Assembly (NCBI GenBank): GCA_047284725.1
Contig: JBJBEO010000001.1
Location: forward strand, 1,080,203 to 1,144,202
Source of the DNA: Synechococcus sp.
Lineage (GTDB): Bacteria; Cyanobacteriota; Cyanobacteriia; PCC-6307; Cyanobiaceae
Direction of reading: 5' to 3'
DNA: 64,000 bases
Shown: piece by piece, positions 18,916 to 31,361 of the stretch
How the letters are laid out: every line of letters starts with the position of its first letter
Numbering within the stretch: the stretch's first letter is position 1
Notes under the pieces: model-generated
What the model saw: the letters and a program-made list of their open reading frames with translations, nothing else
Database searches by the model: none
Told to the model about the DNA's origin: nothing
Program-made: the position numbers and the translations under genes

Positions 18916-19647
18916 TTGGATTGGGTTAATCAAGAGCCTGTGCAGGATCGTCTGCTTCTTATTGCTGATACTGGCTCCGATCAAGATCTTCTTCGTAAGC
19001 ATCTTGAAGCGAGAGGATTTTTTGTAGTTCGTGTTGATTCTGTTCAGGCGGCGCTAGACCATCTGCCTCACGGCGATGTTTCGCTCGTTCTTCTCGCTCT
19101 CAGTGAAGACGCCTTAACGCTTGAAAATAAGGATCGTTTTCTCCTCCATCAGCAGTTCCAGGCCGATCGTCTGACCATTCCCCTGTTTCACCTGCTTGAT
19201 GACGACAATTTTTCACTCCGCTCGGCGTCTCTGAAGGCAGGCGCCGATGACGTGTTGTCGCGTCCCTTTGCCTGGGAAGAGCTGGACGCACGAATCATGG
19301 CGTTGTTGCGTCGCGTGCGGATGGGGCAGTCCCATGCCGACGGAGACCTTCTCAGCCTTGATAACCTTGAATTCAACATCAAGACCCGAGAAGTCTGTCG
19401 AAATGACAGCAAAGCGAAACTGACGGTGAAGGAATTCGATCTGCTTAAATTCCTGTTTCATAATCTCGATCAGGTCGTATCTCGCCAGTCAATCCTGCAT
19501 GGTGTGTGGGGTCAGAGCTGGACTGGTGATGACAACCTTCTCGATGTGTACATCCGTTATCTCCGCAAGAAAATTGAACGGGAGGGGCAGCCTCAACTGA
19601 TTCAAACCGTAAAAGGTGTGGGTTACATCCTCAAAACGCCCACCTAA
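18916..19647 (+). CDS. Orphan OmpR/NblR-like response regulator with atypical receiver
   Basis: Winged-helix motifs LTVKEFDLL, VWG, NLLDVYIRYLRKKIE, IQTVKGVGY; receiver GADDVLSRPF. Start uncertain (TTG 18916 or GTG 18940). Confidence 0.85.
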   Translation: MDWVNQEPVQDRLLLIADTGSDQDLLRKHLEARGFFVVRVDSVQAALDHLPHGDVSLVLLALSEDALTLENKDRFLLHQQFQADRLTIPLFHLLDDDNFSLRSASLKAGADDVLSRPFAWEELDARIMALLRRVRMGQSHADGDLLSLDNLEFNIKTREVCRNDSKAKLTVKEFDLLKFLFHNLDQVVSRQSILHGVWGQSWTGDDNLLDVYIRYLRKKIEREGQPQLIQTVKGVGYILKTPT

Positions 19648-19706
19648 AAAACGCTGGTCAGGCAATGAAAGCGTTGTGAGGTGATCTCTGATCTTTCGTT
19701 AACTGG

Positions 19707-22700
19707 TCAGGCCACTCCTTCGATGCGATCCTCCACTTCCTGATACAGCTCCTGCAGCTGCTGGATGTTTTCGTCGGAGGTTTCCCAGTAGCCACGGCCA
19801 TTCACCTCCAGCAGGGTGCCGACGATGCGGCGGAAACTGTGCGGGTTGAGCTCCAGCAGACGCTTGCGCATCTCTGGATCGTTGATGAACGTTTCGTTGG
19901 CTTCTTCATACACGAAGTTATCAACAGACCCGCTGGTGGCACTCCAGCCCAGAGTGAAATTGAGCCGTTTGGCCACTTCCCGTACGCCCTCATAGCCCGA
20001 ATCCAGCATGCCTTCGTACCACTTGGGATTGAGCAGCTTCGTTCGGGAGTCGAGCCGGATTGTCTCACTGAGGGAGCGCACCTGGGCATTGGCCGTGGTG
20101 GTGTCGGCGATGTAACTGGTCGGTGCCTTGCCGTCGTCCCGCAGACCCTTGATCAGGTTGGTGGGGTCACTGTCGAAGTAGTGGCTCACATCGGTGAGGG
20201 AGATCTCGGCCGAATCCAGGTTCTGGAAGGTGACATCGGCGGTTTTCATCGCCGATTCAAACACCTCACGCTTCTGGTTCATCTCACCGGGGTTGTCGGC
20301 GTTGAAGGCAAAGGTCTTGCGCGATAGATACATCTCCTGCAGTTCACCTTCTTCCTCCCAGGTGCTGTTCTCCACCGCCAGATTCACATTAGAGCTGTAG
20401 CTGCCACTGGCGTTGGAGAACACCCGGCAGGCGGCATCGCGGAGGCTGGTGCCATCCTTCTCGGCCTGCTCCAGGGAGTGCTTGCGCACGAAGTTCTGCT
20501 CCAGCGGCTCCTCTGCTTCGGCGGCCATCTTCACGCCCTGGTCGATCAAGGCCATCTGGTTGATGAACAGATCGCGGAACACACCCGAGCAGTTCACCAC
20601 CACATCGATGCGGGGACGCCCCAGTTCCTCAAGTGGAATCAGCTCCAGCTTGTTGACCCGGCCGAGGGAGTCGGGCACCGGACGCACGCCGATGAACCAG
20701 AGGATCTGGGCCAGGGACTCGCCGTAGGTCTTGATGTTGTCGGTGCCCCACAGCACGCAGGCGATGGTTTCCGGCCAGGTGCCCTGCTCCTGTTTCTGGC
20801 GCTCGATCAGTTTGTCGACCACACCCTTGGCCGCTGCCACGGCAGCGCGGGTGGGAATGGCCTGGGGATCGAGCGCGTGAATGTTCTTGCCACTGGGCAG
20901 AACGCCGGGGTTGCGGATCGGATCGCCACCGGGGCCTGGCAGCACATATTCACCGTCCAGTGCCCGCAGCAGGCTCTCCATCTCCATGTCGGCGCAGACC
21001 TGCTCAAGGCAGAAGCGCAGGTAGGCGAACAGTTTGTCGAGCTCCACCGAATCAACGCTGGTGAAACCGGCCGAACAACAGGCCCGTAGCCAGGGGGTGG
21101 GCAGCTTGAAACCGACCTTGGTCAGCCAATCCATCAGCCAGCCGAAGTTGCCGCGCAGGTTGACGCGACCATCGAGGCCGGTGAGGGAGCGCACCATCGA
21201 GCCGATCGCAGACCGGCTGGTCTCGGTGATCGTGCGGTTCAGCTCCACGTCGGCGAGCACGCCGTCGTCGTTGCCCTTGTAGACATCGTCGATGCTGCGG
21301 CCAATGGCCTCGGCCAGCAGACCAGGAAGGGACCTCAGGCCGTCTTCTTCCCGTTCCAGCGCCGCGATGTTCACCAGGGTGGCAATCGCTTCTTCTGCCG
21401 TGGGCGGCTTGCCGATGGTGTGCAGTCCGCAGGGCAGCAACCGGCTTTCGATCTCCATCAACTGGCGGTAGACCGAACCCACCAGCGCATCCCGCCCTTC
21501 CAGATCAAGCGTGGAGGAGTCGTCGTTAGGCAGGTCAACGTCTTTATCGAGATTGCACTGGCGCGCGGTCTCCACGATCGTGTTCACGATCTGCACACCG
21601 CGGCCCCCCTCCCGCAGCTGTTGGTAGGAACCCACCAGTTCCCCCAGTTCCTTCAGTCCCTTGTAGAGGCCGGCGTTCTCAGCCGGAGGTGTGAGGTAGC
21701 TGATGGTGGAGGCATAGCCACGGCGCTTGGCGATGGTGGCCTCCGACGGGTTGTTGGCGGCGTAGTAATAGAGGTTGGGCAGGGCGCCGATCAGGGAATC
21801 CGGGTAGCAGGTTTCGCTCATGCCCATCTGTTTGCCAGGCATGAACTCCAGCGAGCCATGGGTGCCGAAATGCAGAACGGCGTCGGCTTTCCAGATTTTT
21901 TCGAGGTAGGTGTAGTAAGCCGCAAACCCGTGGTGGGGGCTGGCGCTGCGGGAATAGAGCAGACGCATCGGGTCGCCTTCGTAGCCGAAGGTGGGCTGAA
22001 CGCCGACAAAGACGTTGCCGAAGTGGCGGCCGTAGATCAGCAGGTTCTGGCCATCACTGTTGAGGTTGCCGGGGGGCTTGCCCCAGTTCTCTTCCAGTCG
22101 CTCGGAGTAGGGCGTGAGCCTCTCGTATTCCTCCACGCTCATGCGATGGGCGATCGACAGCTCAGGCGCTCCCTGCATGGCCTCGGGATCATTGATCACC
22201 GCCTCCATCAGGGTCTTGGCATCACGGGGAAGGTTCTGCACGTCGTAGCCCTTGGCCTTCATCTCCTCGAGCACCCGGTGGATCGAACCGAACACGTCGA
22301 GATAGGCGGCCGTTCCTACATTCCCCTTGTCGGGGGGGAAGCTGAACACTGTGATGGCTAGTTTCTTGGTTTGTCTCGGCTTGATCCGCAGGGACGACCA
22401 GCGGATCGCCCGTTCGGCGATGGCATCCACCCGATCCTGCAGGGTGTGAGCCTTGCCGGTGGCGTCATCCCGCCCGGAGAGCACGATGGGTTCGATCGCA
22501 CCATCCAGTTCGGGAATGGCGATCTGCAACGCCACCTGAACAGGGTGAAGGCCGAGATCGCTGTCTTCCCACTCCTGGGTGGTCTGGAAGACCAGGGGCA
22601 GCGCCACCATGTAGGGACGGTTCAGTCGCTTCAGGGCCTCCACGGCTTTGGGATGGTCCTGGCGTGCAGGACCGCCGACGAGGGCAAAGCCCGTCAGCGA

Positions 22701-23717
22701 CACCACGCCATCGACCAGGGGCTGCTCCGGATTGAGCGGGTCGTAGAAGAAGGCGTTGACCGGCTTGGAGAAGTCGAGACCGCCGCAGAAGATCGGCAGC
22801 ACCCGGGCACCACGGAACTCCAGCTCCTGGATCACCGCCACGTAGTGAGCATCGTCACCGGTGACGATGTGACTGCGTTGCAGCACCAGACCGATCAACG
22901 GGCCCTGGCGCGCTTCATTGCTGAGGTCGTTTCGGCTGGCCGTCCAGTTGAGGTATTCCTTCAGGTCCTCGAACATCGAGGGGGCCAGGGGATGCCAGAT
23001 GCCCAGATCGGGGAACACCTCTGGATCGGCCACCTCCATGGCAGGGCGATCAGTGCTGTCCGACGCTGGGAAGACGTACTTGTCCGCCAGCATCAGCAGG
23101 AAGTTGCGCAGGTTATCCGGTGTGCCTCCCAGCCAGTACTGGAAGCTGAGCATGAAGCTGCGAGCATCCTGCGCCTTTTCCACGGGCAGGTACTTCAACA
23201 CCGTGGGCAGCGTGTTGAGGAGTTTGAGCATCGCGTCCTGGAAGCCGGCGCCGCCGGACTCCTTCCGCTTCTTCATGAAGCCGGCGATGGCGCTCTTGCT
23301 CTGCCCCAGCTGGGCCATCGAGAAGCTGCCCAGTTTGTTCAGGCGCATCACCTCGGGCATGGAGGGGAAGACCACAGCAGCCTTGAGGCGATCGCGATGG
23401 GGCGTGACGGCATCCACCACTTTCTGGGCCAGATCTTCAATGAAGATCAGCGAGGCCACAAACACATCGGCGGCAGCCACATCCGCCTGAAAGTCAGCGT
23501 AATTATCCGGATCCCGCAGTTCTTCAATCAGATAACCGCTCAGCTCAATCCCAAGCGGACCGTTCTGGGCATTGAGGCTTGTGGCCGCCTGGGTGAGAGC
23601 GTTCTGATACTGAGGCTCAAGCACCACGTACACAGCCTTCATCACTGACTGGTGGTTGTTGGGCTCAGCAGGAACAACCCGGCGATCGGCGGAGCGAACC
23701 TGCGTGAACATCGGCAT
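19707..23717 (-). CDS. chlH: Magnesium chelatase subunit H
   Basis: 1336 aa; [12 protein letters not shown] start, [39 protein letters not shown]. Confidence 0.98.
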   Translation of the reverse strand: MPMFTQVRSADRRVVPAEPNNHQSVMKAVYVVLEPQYQNALTQAATSLNAQNGPLGIELSGYLIEELRDPDNYADFQADVAAADVFVASLIFIEDLAQKVVDAVTPHRDRLKAAVVFPSMPEVMRLNKLGSFSMAQLGQSKSAIAGFMKKRKESGGAGFQDAMLKLLNTLPTVLKYLPVEKAQDARSFMLSFQYWLGGTPDNLRNFLLMLADKYVFPASDSTDRPAMEVADPEVFPDLGIWHPLAPSMFEDLKEYLNWTASRNDLSNEARQGPLIGLVLQRSHIVTGDDAHYVAVIQELEFRGARVLPIFCGGLDFSKPVNAFFYDPLNPEQPLVDGVVSLTGFALVGGPARQDHPKAVEALKRLNRPYMVALPLVFQTTQEWEDSDLGLHPVQVALQIAIPELDGAIEPIVLSGRDDATGKAHTLQDRVDAIAERAIRWSSLRIKPRQTKKLAITVFSFPPDKGNVGTAAYLDVFGSIHRVLEEMKAKGYDVQNLPRDAKTLMEAVINDPEAMQGAPELSIAHRMSVEEYERLTPYSERLEENWGKPPGNLNSDGQNLLIYGRHFGNVFVGVQPTFGYEGDPMRLLYSRSASPHHGFAAYYTYLEKIWKADAVLHFGTHGSLEFMPGKQMGMSETCYPDSLIGALPNLYYYAANNPSEATIAKRRGYASTISYLTPPAENAGLYKGLKELGELVGSYQQLREGGRGVQIVNTIVETARQCNLDKDVDLPNDDSSTLDLEGRDALVGSVYRQLMEIESRLLPCGLHTIGKPPTAEEAIATLVNIAALEREEDGLRSLPGLLAEAIGRSIDDVYKGNDDGVLADVELNRTITETSRSAIGSMVRSLTGLDGRVNLRGNFGWLMDWLTKVGFKLPTPWLRACCSAGFTSVDSVELDKLFAYLRFCLEQVCADMEMESLLRALDGEYVLPGPGGDPIRNPGVLPSGKNIHALDPQAIPTRAAVAAAKGVVDKLIERQKQEQGTWPETIACVLWGTDNIKTYGESLAQILWFIGVRPVPDSLGRVNKLELIPLEELGRPRIDVVVNCSGVFRDLFINQMALIDQGVKMAAEAEEPLEQNFVRKHSLEQAEKDGTSLRDAACRVFSNASGSYSSNVNLAVENSTWEEEGELQEMYLSRKTFAFNADNPGEMNQKREVFESAMKTADVTFQNLDSAEISLTDVSHYFDSDPTNLIKGLRDDGKAPTSYIADTTTANAQVRSLSETIRLDSRTKLLNPKWYEGMLDSGYEGVREVAKRLNFTLGWSATSGSVDNFVYEEANETFINDPEMRKRLLELNPHSFRRIVGTLLEVNGRGYWETSDENIQQLQELYQEVEDRIEGVA

Positions 23718-23913
23718 GCATTGAGCTATGTGAAGAAGCCTACGAGAATGCAGGCACTGGCGTGGGTTTCAGCCGTGTTGCGTTACATAGAGCCGGAATC
23801 TGATCCGCATCACGGCGTCATCTCTGTGCCGTCATCACGCCTGAATCCTTGCTGCAGGGCAAGTTGTCTGAGCTGGTGCCTGTTCTTAGCCTGAACTCAC
23901 AGGCGCTTGTCGG

Positions 23914-26811
23914 ATGCAGCGGATTCTGGGCAGACGGACCATCCCGCTCCGCTTCCTTCTGCTCCTCGTTTTTGTCCCGCTGGTGGCGGGAACAGGCCTG
24001 GCCGTGTCCTCGTTCATGGCCCAGAGATTGAGAACCCTGGCCCTGGCCGCCACCAGAGCCGAAATGAAAGCGCAGTGGGGCACGGTGCGGCATCGCTGGC
24101 AGCGGATCATGGATCCGGAGCGAAGCCTCAACCACCTTGCCGCTCTCGATGCCCTGGTCACAGCGATCCCCCAGATCGACGGTGAGGTCAGGCGTCAGCT
24201 CCTGATTGAGGCCTCAATGTTGTTTGAGGACGCGCCCCACCTGGCCTCGGTGAACGTGCTCAAGACCAATGGCCATTGGTTCCGTTTCCACAACACCAGG
24301 CTTCTGGCCGATCTCGCCCTTCCGGAGCGTTCCGCGTTGCTGGTGGAACGTCTTCAGCCCGGTCAGAGCACACCGACCTTTTATCTCTTTAATGAGGCGT
24401 TCAATCCTGTCGAGGGCTGGACGCCTGCCCAGGATCGATGGAACACGAAGCAGGACCCTCGGCAGCGCCGATCCCTGAGCGCTGCCCGTCAGTCCGGGAT
24501 GCAATCCGTGCTTTCCAACGATGACCGTCACCCGGTGCTCGGGCCGCTGATCACGCTGGGGCAACAGACGGCCACCGGCGATGTGGTGGAAATGTCGGTT
24601 CCACTCTCCGAACTGCGAGAGCTTCTCATCCAGCTCAGGCCGACCGAATCCTCGAGACTCAGTCTGATCGATCTCAAAGGGGGTGTGTGGCTCACTGATG
24701 AGGTGTCGCCTTCGGGTGCGATCGGCACACACCTCACCCAGTCCAGCGATCCCTTGCTGCGAGGCATCGCCCCCTTCCTGACGAAGCATCTACGGGCGTC
24801 CAATCACTCTTCGCGGCGAAGCGGTGATCAGGACCAGACAGCGCTCAACGAGCTCTACGACGGGGTCGACGTTCAGGAGGTGGTGATCGATGGCAGCCAC
24901 TGGCTGCTGAATGTGGCTGAAATCCCTGCGATCGGTGTTGACGACGAGGCCTCCCTTCTGGTGCTGGCCATCCCCTCGGAGGAGGTGTTCGCGGCGTCGC
25001 TCGCCTCGGTGCGTCAGGCCCAGTGGATCACCCTGGGCATGGTGCTGGCCACCTTGCCGCTGATCTGGCTGCTCACCCGATCCGTCACTGGGTCGCTGCT
25101 GGCCCTGAGGCGACAGGCACGGGCCATTCAGTCGTTTGACTTCTCTTCCGTTCCTCCCACCACCACACCGGTCACGGAGGTGAGGGATCTCAGTGTGGTG
25201 CTCGCCACCATGCGCGACACCATTCATCGCCTGCTGGAAGCATCGGAGGCCCTTGGCGGCGAGCCCGACCTGGATCAGTTGTTGCAACGCCTGCTCCAGC
25301 TGATGCTGGAGAGCAGCGATGCGTCGTCCGGCGTTCTCTATCTCAGGGATGACGACGATGCCGTGGATGGCCTGTTGCGTTCGCGCTTGCAACTGCCCAC
25401 CACGACGTTCCCTGCTGAGCTTAGTGACAAGGCTTTGGATGAGCCGTTTGACACCGATCAAGCCCTTCGTCTGCCGCTGCTGAGCCGCAGCGGTCAGCTG
25501 TTGGGACTGCTGGGGTTGCGTTTCGCCGAACCCCCTCAGGCGGAGAAGGTGGCGTTCTGCAGGGCGCTGGCGGGGTCCGCCTCGATCGCCCTCGAAACCC
25601 GCAGCCTGATCAGCGCCCAGAAAGCGTTGCTGGCGTCGATCATTGAACTGATGGCAGGGGCCATTGATGCCAAAAGCCCCTACACAGGAGGCCACTGTGC
25701 GCGCGTGCCCTTGCTGGCCAAAGCACTGGCAGACGCTGCCTGTGAAGCCACGGACGGACCCTACGCCGGATTTGCGCTGTCCGCCGAGGAACGGGAAGCC
25801 CTGCATGTGGCGTCGTGGCTGCACGATGTCGGCAAGGTCACCACGCCTGAATACGTGGTCGACAAGGCCACCAAACTCGAAACGATTCACAACCGCATCC
25901 ATGAGGTGCGGATGCGGTTTGAACTGCTGAAGGCCTGTGCGGAGATCGATCACTGGAAGGCAATCGCTGCCGGTGACGATCCCCTGCAGAGCCGCGCCCG
26001 CATGGAAGACCTCTGGCGTCAGCTGGATGATGACTTCGCGTTCGTGGCGGCCTGCAATCAGGGGGGTGAGCGTCTGGATCCTGAGGCGATCGATCGCCTC
26101 AACAGCCTGGCGTCGCGTCGCTGGCGGCGCACCCTCGATGATCGCCTGGGTCTGTCTCAGGAGGAGCTCCGCCAGGTGGCTGCTGAACCTGCGCCGCCAC
26201 TGCCCTGCGACGAGCCCCTGCTGGCCGATCGGCTCAGGCATCAGGTGGCCTGGCCCGCCAACAAGGCCATTGAGGCTGACAATCCCTGGGGGTTCACGCT
26301 TCTCGCCCCGCCGCTGCAGGCGAACCGAGGGGAACTGCACAACCTGAGCATCTCGCGGGGAACCCTCACCGATGAGGAGCGCTACACGATCAACCTTCAC
26401 ATTCTCGAGACGATCAAGATGCTCGAGGCGCTGCCGTTCCCGCGTCATCTCAAGGCGGTGCCCGAAATTGCCGGCGGCCACCACGAACGGATGGACGGCA
26501 AGGGCTACCCGCGCAGTCTTCGGGGCGATGAGATGAGCGCCCTGGCGCGCATGATGGCCATCGCCGATGTGTTCGAAGCCCTCACGGCGGCGGATCGCCC
26601 TTACAAATCAGCCAAGCCGTTGTCGGTCGCTCTGACGATCATGGCCTCGATGGTGCAGCAACATCATCTCGACCCTGATCTGTTCAGGCTGTTTGTGCGT
26701 GCAGGGGTGTATCGCCGCTACGCAGACGCGTGCCTCCGGCCCGAGCAGTGTGATGCCGTCGATGAAGAGGCTCTGCTCCAGGCCATCGGCGACGAGGCCC
26801 CCTCCACATAG
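23914..26811 (+). CDS. Membrane sensor HD-GYP phosphodiesterase (periplasmic/Cache-like, HAMP, GAF, HD-GYP)
   Basis: Two TMs, [47 protein letters not shown]. Confidence 0.88.
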   Translation: MQRILGRRTIPLRFLLLLVFVPLVAGTGLAVSSFMAQRLRTLALAATRAEMKAQWGTVRHRWQRIMDPERSLNHLAALDALVTAIPQIDGEVRRQLLIEASMLFEDAPHLASVNVLKTNGHWFRFHNTRLLADLALPERSALLVERLQPGQSTPTFYLFNEAFNPVEGWTPAQDRWNTKQDPRQRRSLSAARQSGMQSVLSNDDRHPVLGPLITLGQQTATGDVVEMSVPLSELRELLIQLRPTESSRLSLIDLKGGVWLTDEVSPSGAIGTHLTQSSDPLLRGIAPFLTKHLRASNHSSRRSGDQDQTALNELYDGVDVQEVVIDGSHWLLNVAEIPAIGVDDEASLLVLAIPSEEVFAASLASVRQAQWITLGMVLATLPLIWLLTRSVTGSLLALRRQARAIQSFDFSSVPPTTTPVTEVRDLSVVLATMRDTIHRLLEASEALGGEPDLDQLLQRLLQLMLESSDASSGVLYLRDDDDAVDGLLRSRLQLPTTTFPAELSDKALDEPFDTDQALRLPLLSRSGQLLGLLGLRFAEPPQAEKVAFCRALAGSASIALETRSLISAQKALLASIIELMAGAIDAKSPYTGGHCARVPLLAKALADAACEATDGPYAGFALSAEEREALHVASWLHDVGKVTTPEYVVDKATKLETIHNRIHEVRMRFELLKACAEIDHWKAIAAGDDPLQSRARMEDLWRQLDDDFAFVAACNQGGERLDPEAIDRLNSLASRRWRRTLDDRLGLSQEELRQVAAEPAPPLPCDEPLLADRLRHQVAWPANKAIEADNPWGFTLLAPPLQANRGELHNLSISRGTLTDEERYTINLHILETIKMLEALPFPRHLKAVPEIAGGHHERMDGKGYPRSLRGDEMSALARMMAIADVFEALTAADRPYKSAKPLSVALTIMASMVQQHHLDPDLFRLFVRAGVYRRYADACLRPEQCDAVDEEALLQAIGDEAPST

Positions 26812-26836
26812 TCTTGGCGCAGGTGATCCAGGCCCC

Positions 26837-27685
26837 ATGACCTCAGCTTCCGGACCAATCTCCGTGGTGGTGGTGGGGGCCCTTGGTCGGATGGGCGCCG
26901 AGGTGGTCAAGACGGTGCAGGCGGCGCCGGATTGCCAGCTGGTGGGAGCGATCGATACGACCCCCGGCAAGGAAGGGGTGGATGTGGGGGAAGCCCTGGG
27001 CCTCGGCCTTCTGGATGTGGCGATCACGGCCGATCTCGAGGCCACGCTCTGCTCCGCCAGCCAGGCCGTGCGTGATCAGGGGCCCGGTGCGGGTGCGGTG
27101 ATGGTGGATTTCACGCACCCGTCGGTGGTGTATGCCAACACCAGGGCTGCGATCGCCTATGGCGTCCATCCTGTGATCGGCACCACCGGCCTCTCCCCGG
27201 AGCAGTTGCAGGATCTGCAGACCTTTTCCGCCAAAGCCTCCATCGGCGGGGCCGTGATCCCCAACTTCTCCGTGGGCATGGTGCTGCTGCAGCAGGCTGC
27301 GGCTGCAGCTGCCCGCTTCTACGACCACGCGGAGCTCACTGAATTGCACCACAACCGCAAGGCGGATGCCCCCAGTGGCACGTGCATCAAAACGGCCGAA
27401 CTGATGGAGGAGCTGGGCAAGAGCTTCAATCCATCGGAGGTGGATGAACACGAATCCCTGCAGGGAAGTCGCGGTGGTGTGCGCCCCAGTGGTCTGCGCC
27501 TGCACTCGTTGCGTCTGCCCGGCCTGGTGGCTCACCAGGAAGTGATGTTCGGTGCTCCCGGTGAGACCTACACCTTGCGTCACGACACGATTGATCGGTC
27601 CGCTTACATGCCTGGGGTGCTGCTCTGCATCCGCAAGGTTCGTCAGCTGGAGAGCCTGCAATACGGCCTCGAGCGCCTGCTCTGA
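26837..27685 (+). CDS. dapB: 4-hydroxy-tetrahydrodipicolinate reductase
   Basis: [37 protein letters not shown]. Confidence 0.97.
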   Translation: MTSASGPISVVVVGALGRMGAEVVKTVQAAPDCQLVGAIDTTPGKEGVDVGEALGLGLLDVAITADLEATLCSASQAVRDQGPGAGAVMVDFTHPSVVYANTRAAIAYGVHPVIGTTGLSPEQLQDLQTFSAKASIGGAVIPNFSVGMVLLQQAAAAAARFYDHAELTELHHNRKADAPSGTCIKTAELMEELGKSFNPSEVDEHESLQGSRGGVRPSGLRLHSLRLPGLVAHQEVMFGAPGETYTLRHDTIDRSAYMPGVLLCIRKVRQLESLQYGLERLL

Positions 27686-27704
27686 TTCCCCGCGCCTTCT
27701 CTTC

Positions 27705-28364
27705 ATGCTCATTCCCCTGCGGCCCGGTGAGCTTCAGCGCCTGATTCCTGCGGTGGCCACCGGCACGCAGTTCGCTGCGGCGCTGGGCGATCCGCGCAAA
27801 ATTCTTCAGAGGGTGCTGATCGCCGCCATTGGAGGCGTGATCACACTGTTGATCAGCCAAAGCCAGTTCTCCAACCGCTGGGGCTCGGTCTGGTTGTTGA
27901 TCGGCGTTGCACTGCTTCTTTATGTGTTGTGGGGACCCATCCTTGAGGCGGGTCGCCGCAACGCCACGCTGCGGCGCTATCCCGCAGCCGCCTTGTTTGA
28001 TGGCGAGGTGGCGGATGCCTTCACCCAGGAGCGGGTGGAAAGCCGCCGGGAGCAGGCCAATCAGCGCGGTGATCTGGAACTGGTGGAGAACCGGCGCACC
28101 TGGCTGGTGCTGGAGCTGGCCGATGAAGACGGTTATCTCGGTCGCCTCAGCTTCCCGATGGCCAAGCCCCATGGTCAGATCCGTCCGGGAGCCCGGGTGC
28201 GTTGTCTGGTGCTCAGCGATCGCAAGGATTTTTCCCGTGTTGCCGCCCTGAGTGATGCCTGGATGCCTGGCCTGCGGCTCTGGGTGGGGGAGTACCCCTT
28301 CCTGTTGCGTCCGGCCTTTGAGGAACTGTGCCAACGGCGGTTGGCGACGCCCCGTCGCCGTTGA
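27705..28364 (+). CDS. Conserved cyanobacterial membrane hypothetical protein
   Basis: MLIPLRPGELQRLIPAVATG start, two TMs, WVGEYPFL; follows dapB. Confidence 0.75.
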   Translation: MLIPLRPGELQRLIPAVATGTQFAAALGDPRKILQRVLIAAIGGVITLLISQSQFSNRWGSVWLLIGVALLLYVLWGPILEAGRRNATLRRYPAAALFDGEVADAFTQERVESRREQANQRGDLELVENRRTWLVLELADEDGYLGRLSFPMAKPHGQIRPGARVRCLVLSDRKDFSRVAALSDAWMPGLRLWVGEYPFLLRPAFEELCQRRLATPRRR

Positions 28365-28368
28365 ATGC

Positions 28369-28673
<305 letters not shown>

Positions 28674-28718
28674 TTGGATGGGGGTGATGTGGCCTGCCAG
28701 CAGCTGAACCCCTCGCCC

Positions 28719-29966
28719 ATGCGTGCTCCCATTGCGAGTTCCCACGAGCACGCCGAAGCCGACCGTGAGGTCCTCCGCTCACTGTCGATTTCGGTGCTGG
28801 GTGCCGGCCCGACCGGTGCCTTGCTGGCCCTTGGCCTGGCCCGTCTCGGCTGCAGGGTTCGTCTTCAGGATCCGCAAACCCTGCATGCACTGGCGTCGCG
28901 CAGCCGTGCTTACGCGATCACTCAGTCCTCTCGGCGGCTGCTGGACCATCTGGACCTGTGGGAGCCGCTGGCTTCCCATCTCGTGCCGTTCCGGCAGCTC
29001 CGTCTGGATGATCAGGCTGTGGCACCGTTCGTCTGGTTTCGGGTGCAGGATCTGGCCCCGCGCAATCGTGAGTCTGATGCCATCGGTTGGATTTTGGATC
29101 ACAAACCACTGATGCAGGTGCTGCTGCAGCGTTTGCAGCAACACGCCGCTGTGGAGCTCCAACTCGGGTCGCCACCACGATCCACTCCCACGGAGGAGTG
29201 GTCAGACGCTGATCTGACGATCGCCGCTGATGGACCCCGCTCCGCCCATCGCCAGGCCTGGGGATGGCGATTCTGGAGCGTTCCCTATCGCCAGGGTTGC
29301 CTCACCCTCAAGGTGAGTCTCCGTGGTGTGGCAGACGACGTGGCCCACGAATGTTTTCGTGCCGAGGGCCCGTTCGCTGTGCTGCCACTCGGTGGCAGCA
29401 CCTTTCAGCTCGTCTGGAGTGCTCCGTTGCCTCTGTGCCAACGGCGAGCGGCCCTGGCGCCAGCGGAACTGCTGGATCTGCTGGCCACGGTGCTCCCGCC
29501 TGGTCTCACTCCCGATGCGCTGCTGGATCAACCGGTGGCGGTGCCTCTGCAGTTGAGCCTTGCGCCATCGTTGGCCAGCGGAACGCGTCTGCTGGTCGGT
29601 GAAGCTGGCCATCGCTGCCACCCCGTGGGTGGTCAGGGCCTCAACCTCTGCTGGCGTGATGTGGCGGAACTGCTGCACCAGGTGGAGCGTTACCAGCGCG
29701 CGCCTCGGAGCGTTGGCAGGCGAAGCCTCGATCGTCTGGCGAGGCGTTATTCCCGCCATCGCCTGGTCGACCTGATCCTGATCGGTGTGGGCACCGATCT
29801 GTTGCTGCGGTTCTTCTCCAATCGCTTTTGGTGTCTGCTGCCAGTGCGCACCTTGGCCCTGACCCTGTTGAAACGGATGCCGCTGTTGCGTCGTTGCGCG
29901 CTCCAGGCCATGAGTGATGGCCCGATGACATTTATGGCAGCGCCGTCAGAGTGGACGCAGCGATGA
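28719..29966 (+). CDS. ubiH: UbiH/COQ6-family FAD-dependent monooxygenase
   Basis: GAGPTG, AADGPRS, GEAGHRCHPVGGQGLNL; start uncertain. Confidence 0.85.
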   Translation: MRAPIASSHEHAEADREVLRSLSISVLGAGPTGALLALGLARLGCRVRLQDPQTLHALASRSRAYAITQSSRRLLDHLDLWEPLASHLVPFRQLRLDDQAVAPFVWFRVQDLAPRNRESDAIGWILDHKPLMQVLLQRLQQHAAVELQLGSPPRSTPTEEWSDADLTIAADGPRSAHRQAWGWRFWSVPYRQGCLTLKVSLRGVADDVAHECFRAEGPFAVLPLGGSTFQLVWSAPLPLCQRRAALAPAELLDLLATVLPPGLTPDALLDQPVAVPLQLSLAPSLASGTRLLVGEAGHRCHPVGGQGLNLCWRDVAELLHQVERYQRAPRSVGRRSLDRLARRYSRHRLVDLILIGVGTDLLLRFFSNRFWCLLPVRTLALTLLKRMPLLRRCALQAMSDGPMTFMAAPSEWTQR

Positions 29967-29973
29967 GATCGCC

Positions 29974-30186
29974 ATGGTGCACAGCAGCGATCCCCAGCCT
30001 CCACCGTCGCCCCTTCTTCTCCAGTTCCTGCGTGAGCGGCTCGGTTTGAGTGACAAGGCCCTGCAGTTGGGTCAGCGTCAGGCTGAGCTCGAGCAGGCTC
30101 CTTTGCCCGTGGTGCTCTGGAGCTTTGGTTTGCTCAGCCTCCATCAGTATCAGCAGGTTCTCGACTGGATCAACGATCAGGAATAG
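29974..30186 (+). CDS. DUF2949-like small protein
   Basis: [29 protein letters not shown] pattern. Confidence 0.75.
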   Translation: MVHSSDPQPPPSPLLLQFLRERLGLSDKALQLGQRQAELEQAPLPVVLWSFGLLSLHQYQQVLDWINDQE

Positions 30187-30728
30187 ATCACCAACGATTC
30201 CACCGGTGTGGCCTCAGGCAGCTTGCTACGACCCCCTAAACCAGCCAGTTCGATCACGAATCCACAGCCCACCAACGTACCGCCGGCCTGCTGGATCAGC
30301 TGCGATGCGGCCGCTGCGGTGCCGCCGGTGGCCAGCAGGTCATCCACCAGGAGCACTTTGGGGTTGTCGGCGAGGGCATCGTTGTGGATCTCAAGACGAT
30401 CGGTGCCGTATTCGAGGGCGTAATCAACCCCCAGCACCTCCCCTGGCAACTTGCCAGGTTTGCGAATGGGAACAAATCCCAGGCCGAGATCGGTGGCCAG
30501 TGCCGTGCCAACGATGAAGCCTCGCGACTCGATGCCCACGATCAGATCGGGTTGAAGCGTTTCGCAGATGGTGCCCATCCGCTTCATCACGGCTTTCCAG
30601 CCAACCGGATCACGCAGGAGCGGGCTGATGTCGCGGAAGAGGATTCCCGGCTTTGGAAAATCCGGAATGTCTCGAATGAGCGGTCGAAGATCCAACGAAG
30701 GGTGACGCGAAGGCCTGAGTGCTGGCAT
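30177..30728 (-). CDS. apt: Adenine phosphoribosyltransferase
   Basis: [38 protein letters not shown]. Confidence 0.97.
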   Translation of the reverse strand: MPALRPSRHPSLDLRPLIRDIPDFPKPGILFRDISPLLRDPVGWKAVMKRMGTICETLQPDLIVGIESRGFIVGTALATDLGLGFVPIRKPGKLPGEVLGVDYALEYGTDRLEIHNDALADNPKVLLVDDLLATGGTAAAASQLIQQAGGTLVGCGFVIELAGLGGRSKLPEATPVESLVIYS

Positions 30729-30738
30729 CATCGCAGCC

Positions 30739-31314
30739 ATGACCGACGCTCTTGCCACCCCTGCTTTGGCCCCATCGTCTGGCCAGGGGGTCTCCAATCT
30801 GAAGACGGCACTCGATCGTCGTGGTCTTGAACGGCTGGATCTGCTCTTGCTCACCGTTGAGGCCCTGGATCTCAATGGCGGCGAAGCGATGCTCTGGGCC
30901 ACTCAGCAACTTGGATTCACCGCTCTCTTTCCCAATCGCGTTGAGCTGTGGAAACGGCGCTGCACGAACCCGTTGCGTCGTTCCACCCGCCGGACGGCCC
31001 TCACCTCCGCGGAGATCGAGGCACTGATCCGCATCGTCTGTGCCATGGCTGATCGTCTCTACCCCATGCTGCACCAGCTGTTGTCGAGTCGTGAGCCGGC
31101 GGCCTTGACCGATCAACGCTGGACCTTGGTCGGACAGCGCCTGAGGGATCTGGTGGCTGAGCGCTTGAACCTGCGGCGCGGTTCGGTGCAGAAGCTGTTG
31201 CAAGACGATCAGGGTGCCTCAATCCAGCGGCAGCTGGTGCTGACGCTGGCACTGGCCGCAGGGCCGGGTGGTGTCGATCGTTTGCGCGCCAGTCTGGAAG
31301 ACCCCACTCCCTGA
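30739..31314 (+). CDS. DUF3038-like cyanobacterial protein
   Basis: [44 protein letters not shown]. Confidence 0.78.
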   Translation: MTDALATPALAPSSGQGVSNLKTALDRRGLERLDLLLLTVEALDLNGGEAMLWATQQLGFTALFPNRVELWKRRCTNPLRRSTRRTALTSAEIEALIRIVCAMADRLYPMLHQLLSSREPAALTDQRWTLVGQRLRDLVAERLNLRRGSVQKLLQDDQGASIQRQLVLTLALAAGPGGVDRLRASLEDPTP

Positions 31315-31361
31315 CCCGATCAGCCACCCTTCCCTTCCGCCTCGTTCCCTTTCCCTTCGGC

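Noticed and set aside
19802..26484. Long antisense ORFs opposite chlH and the HD-GYP gene (e.g. 425 aa, 564 aa)
   Set aside because: Typical stop-poor antisense frames of GC-rich genes fully overlapping well-supported CDSs.
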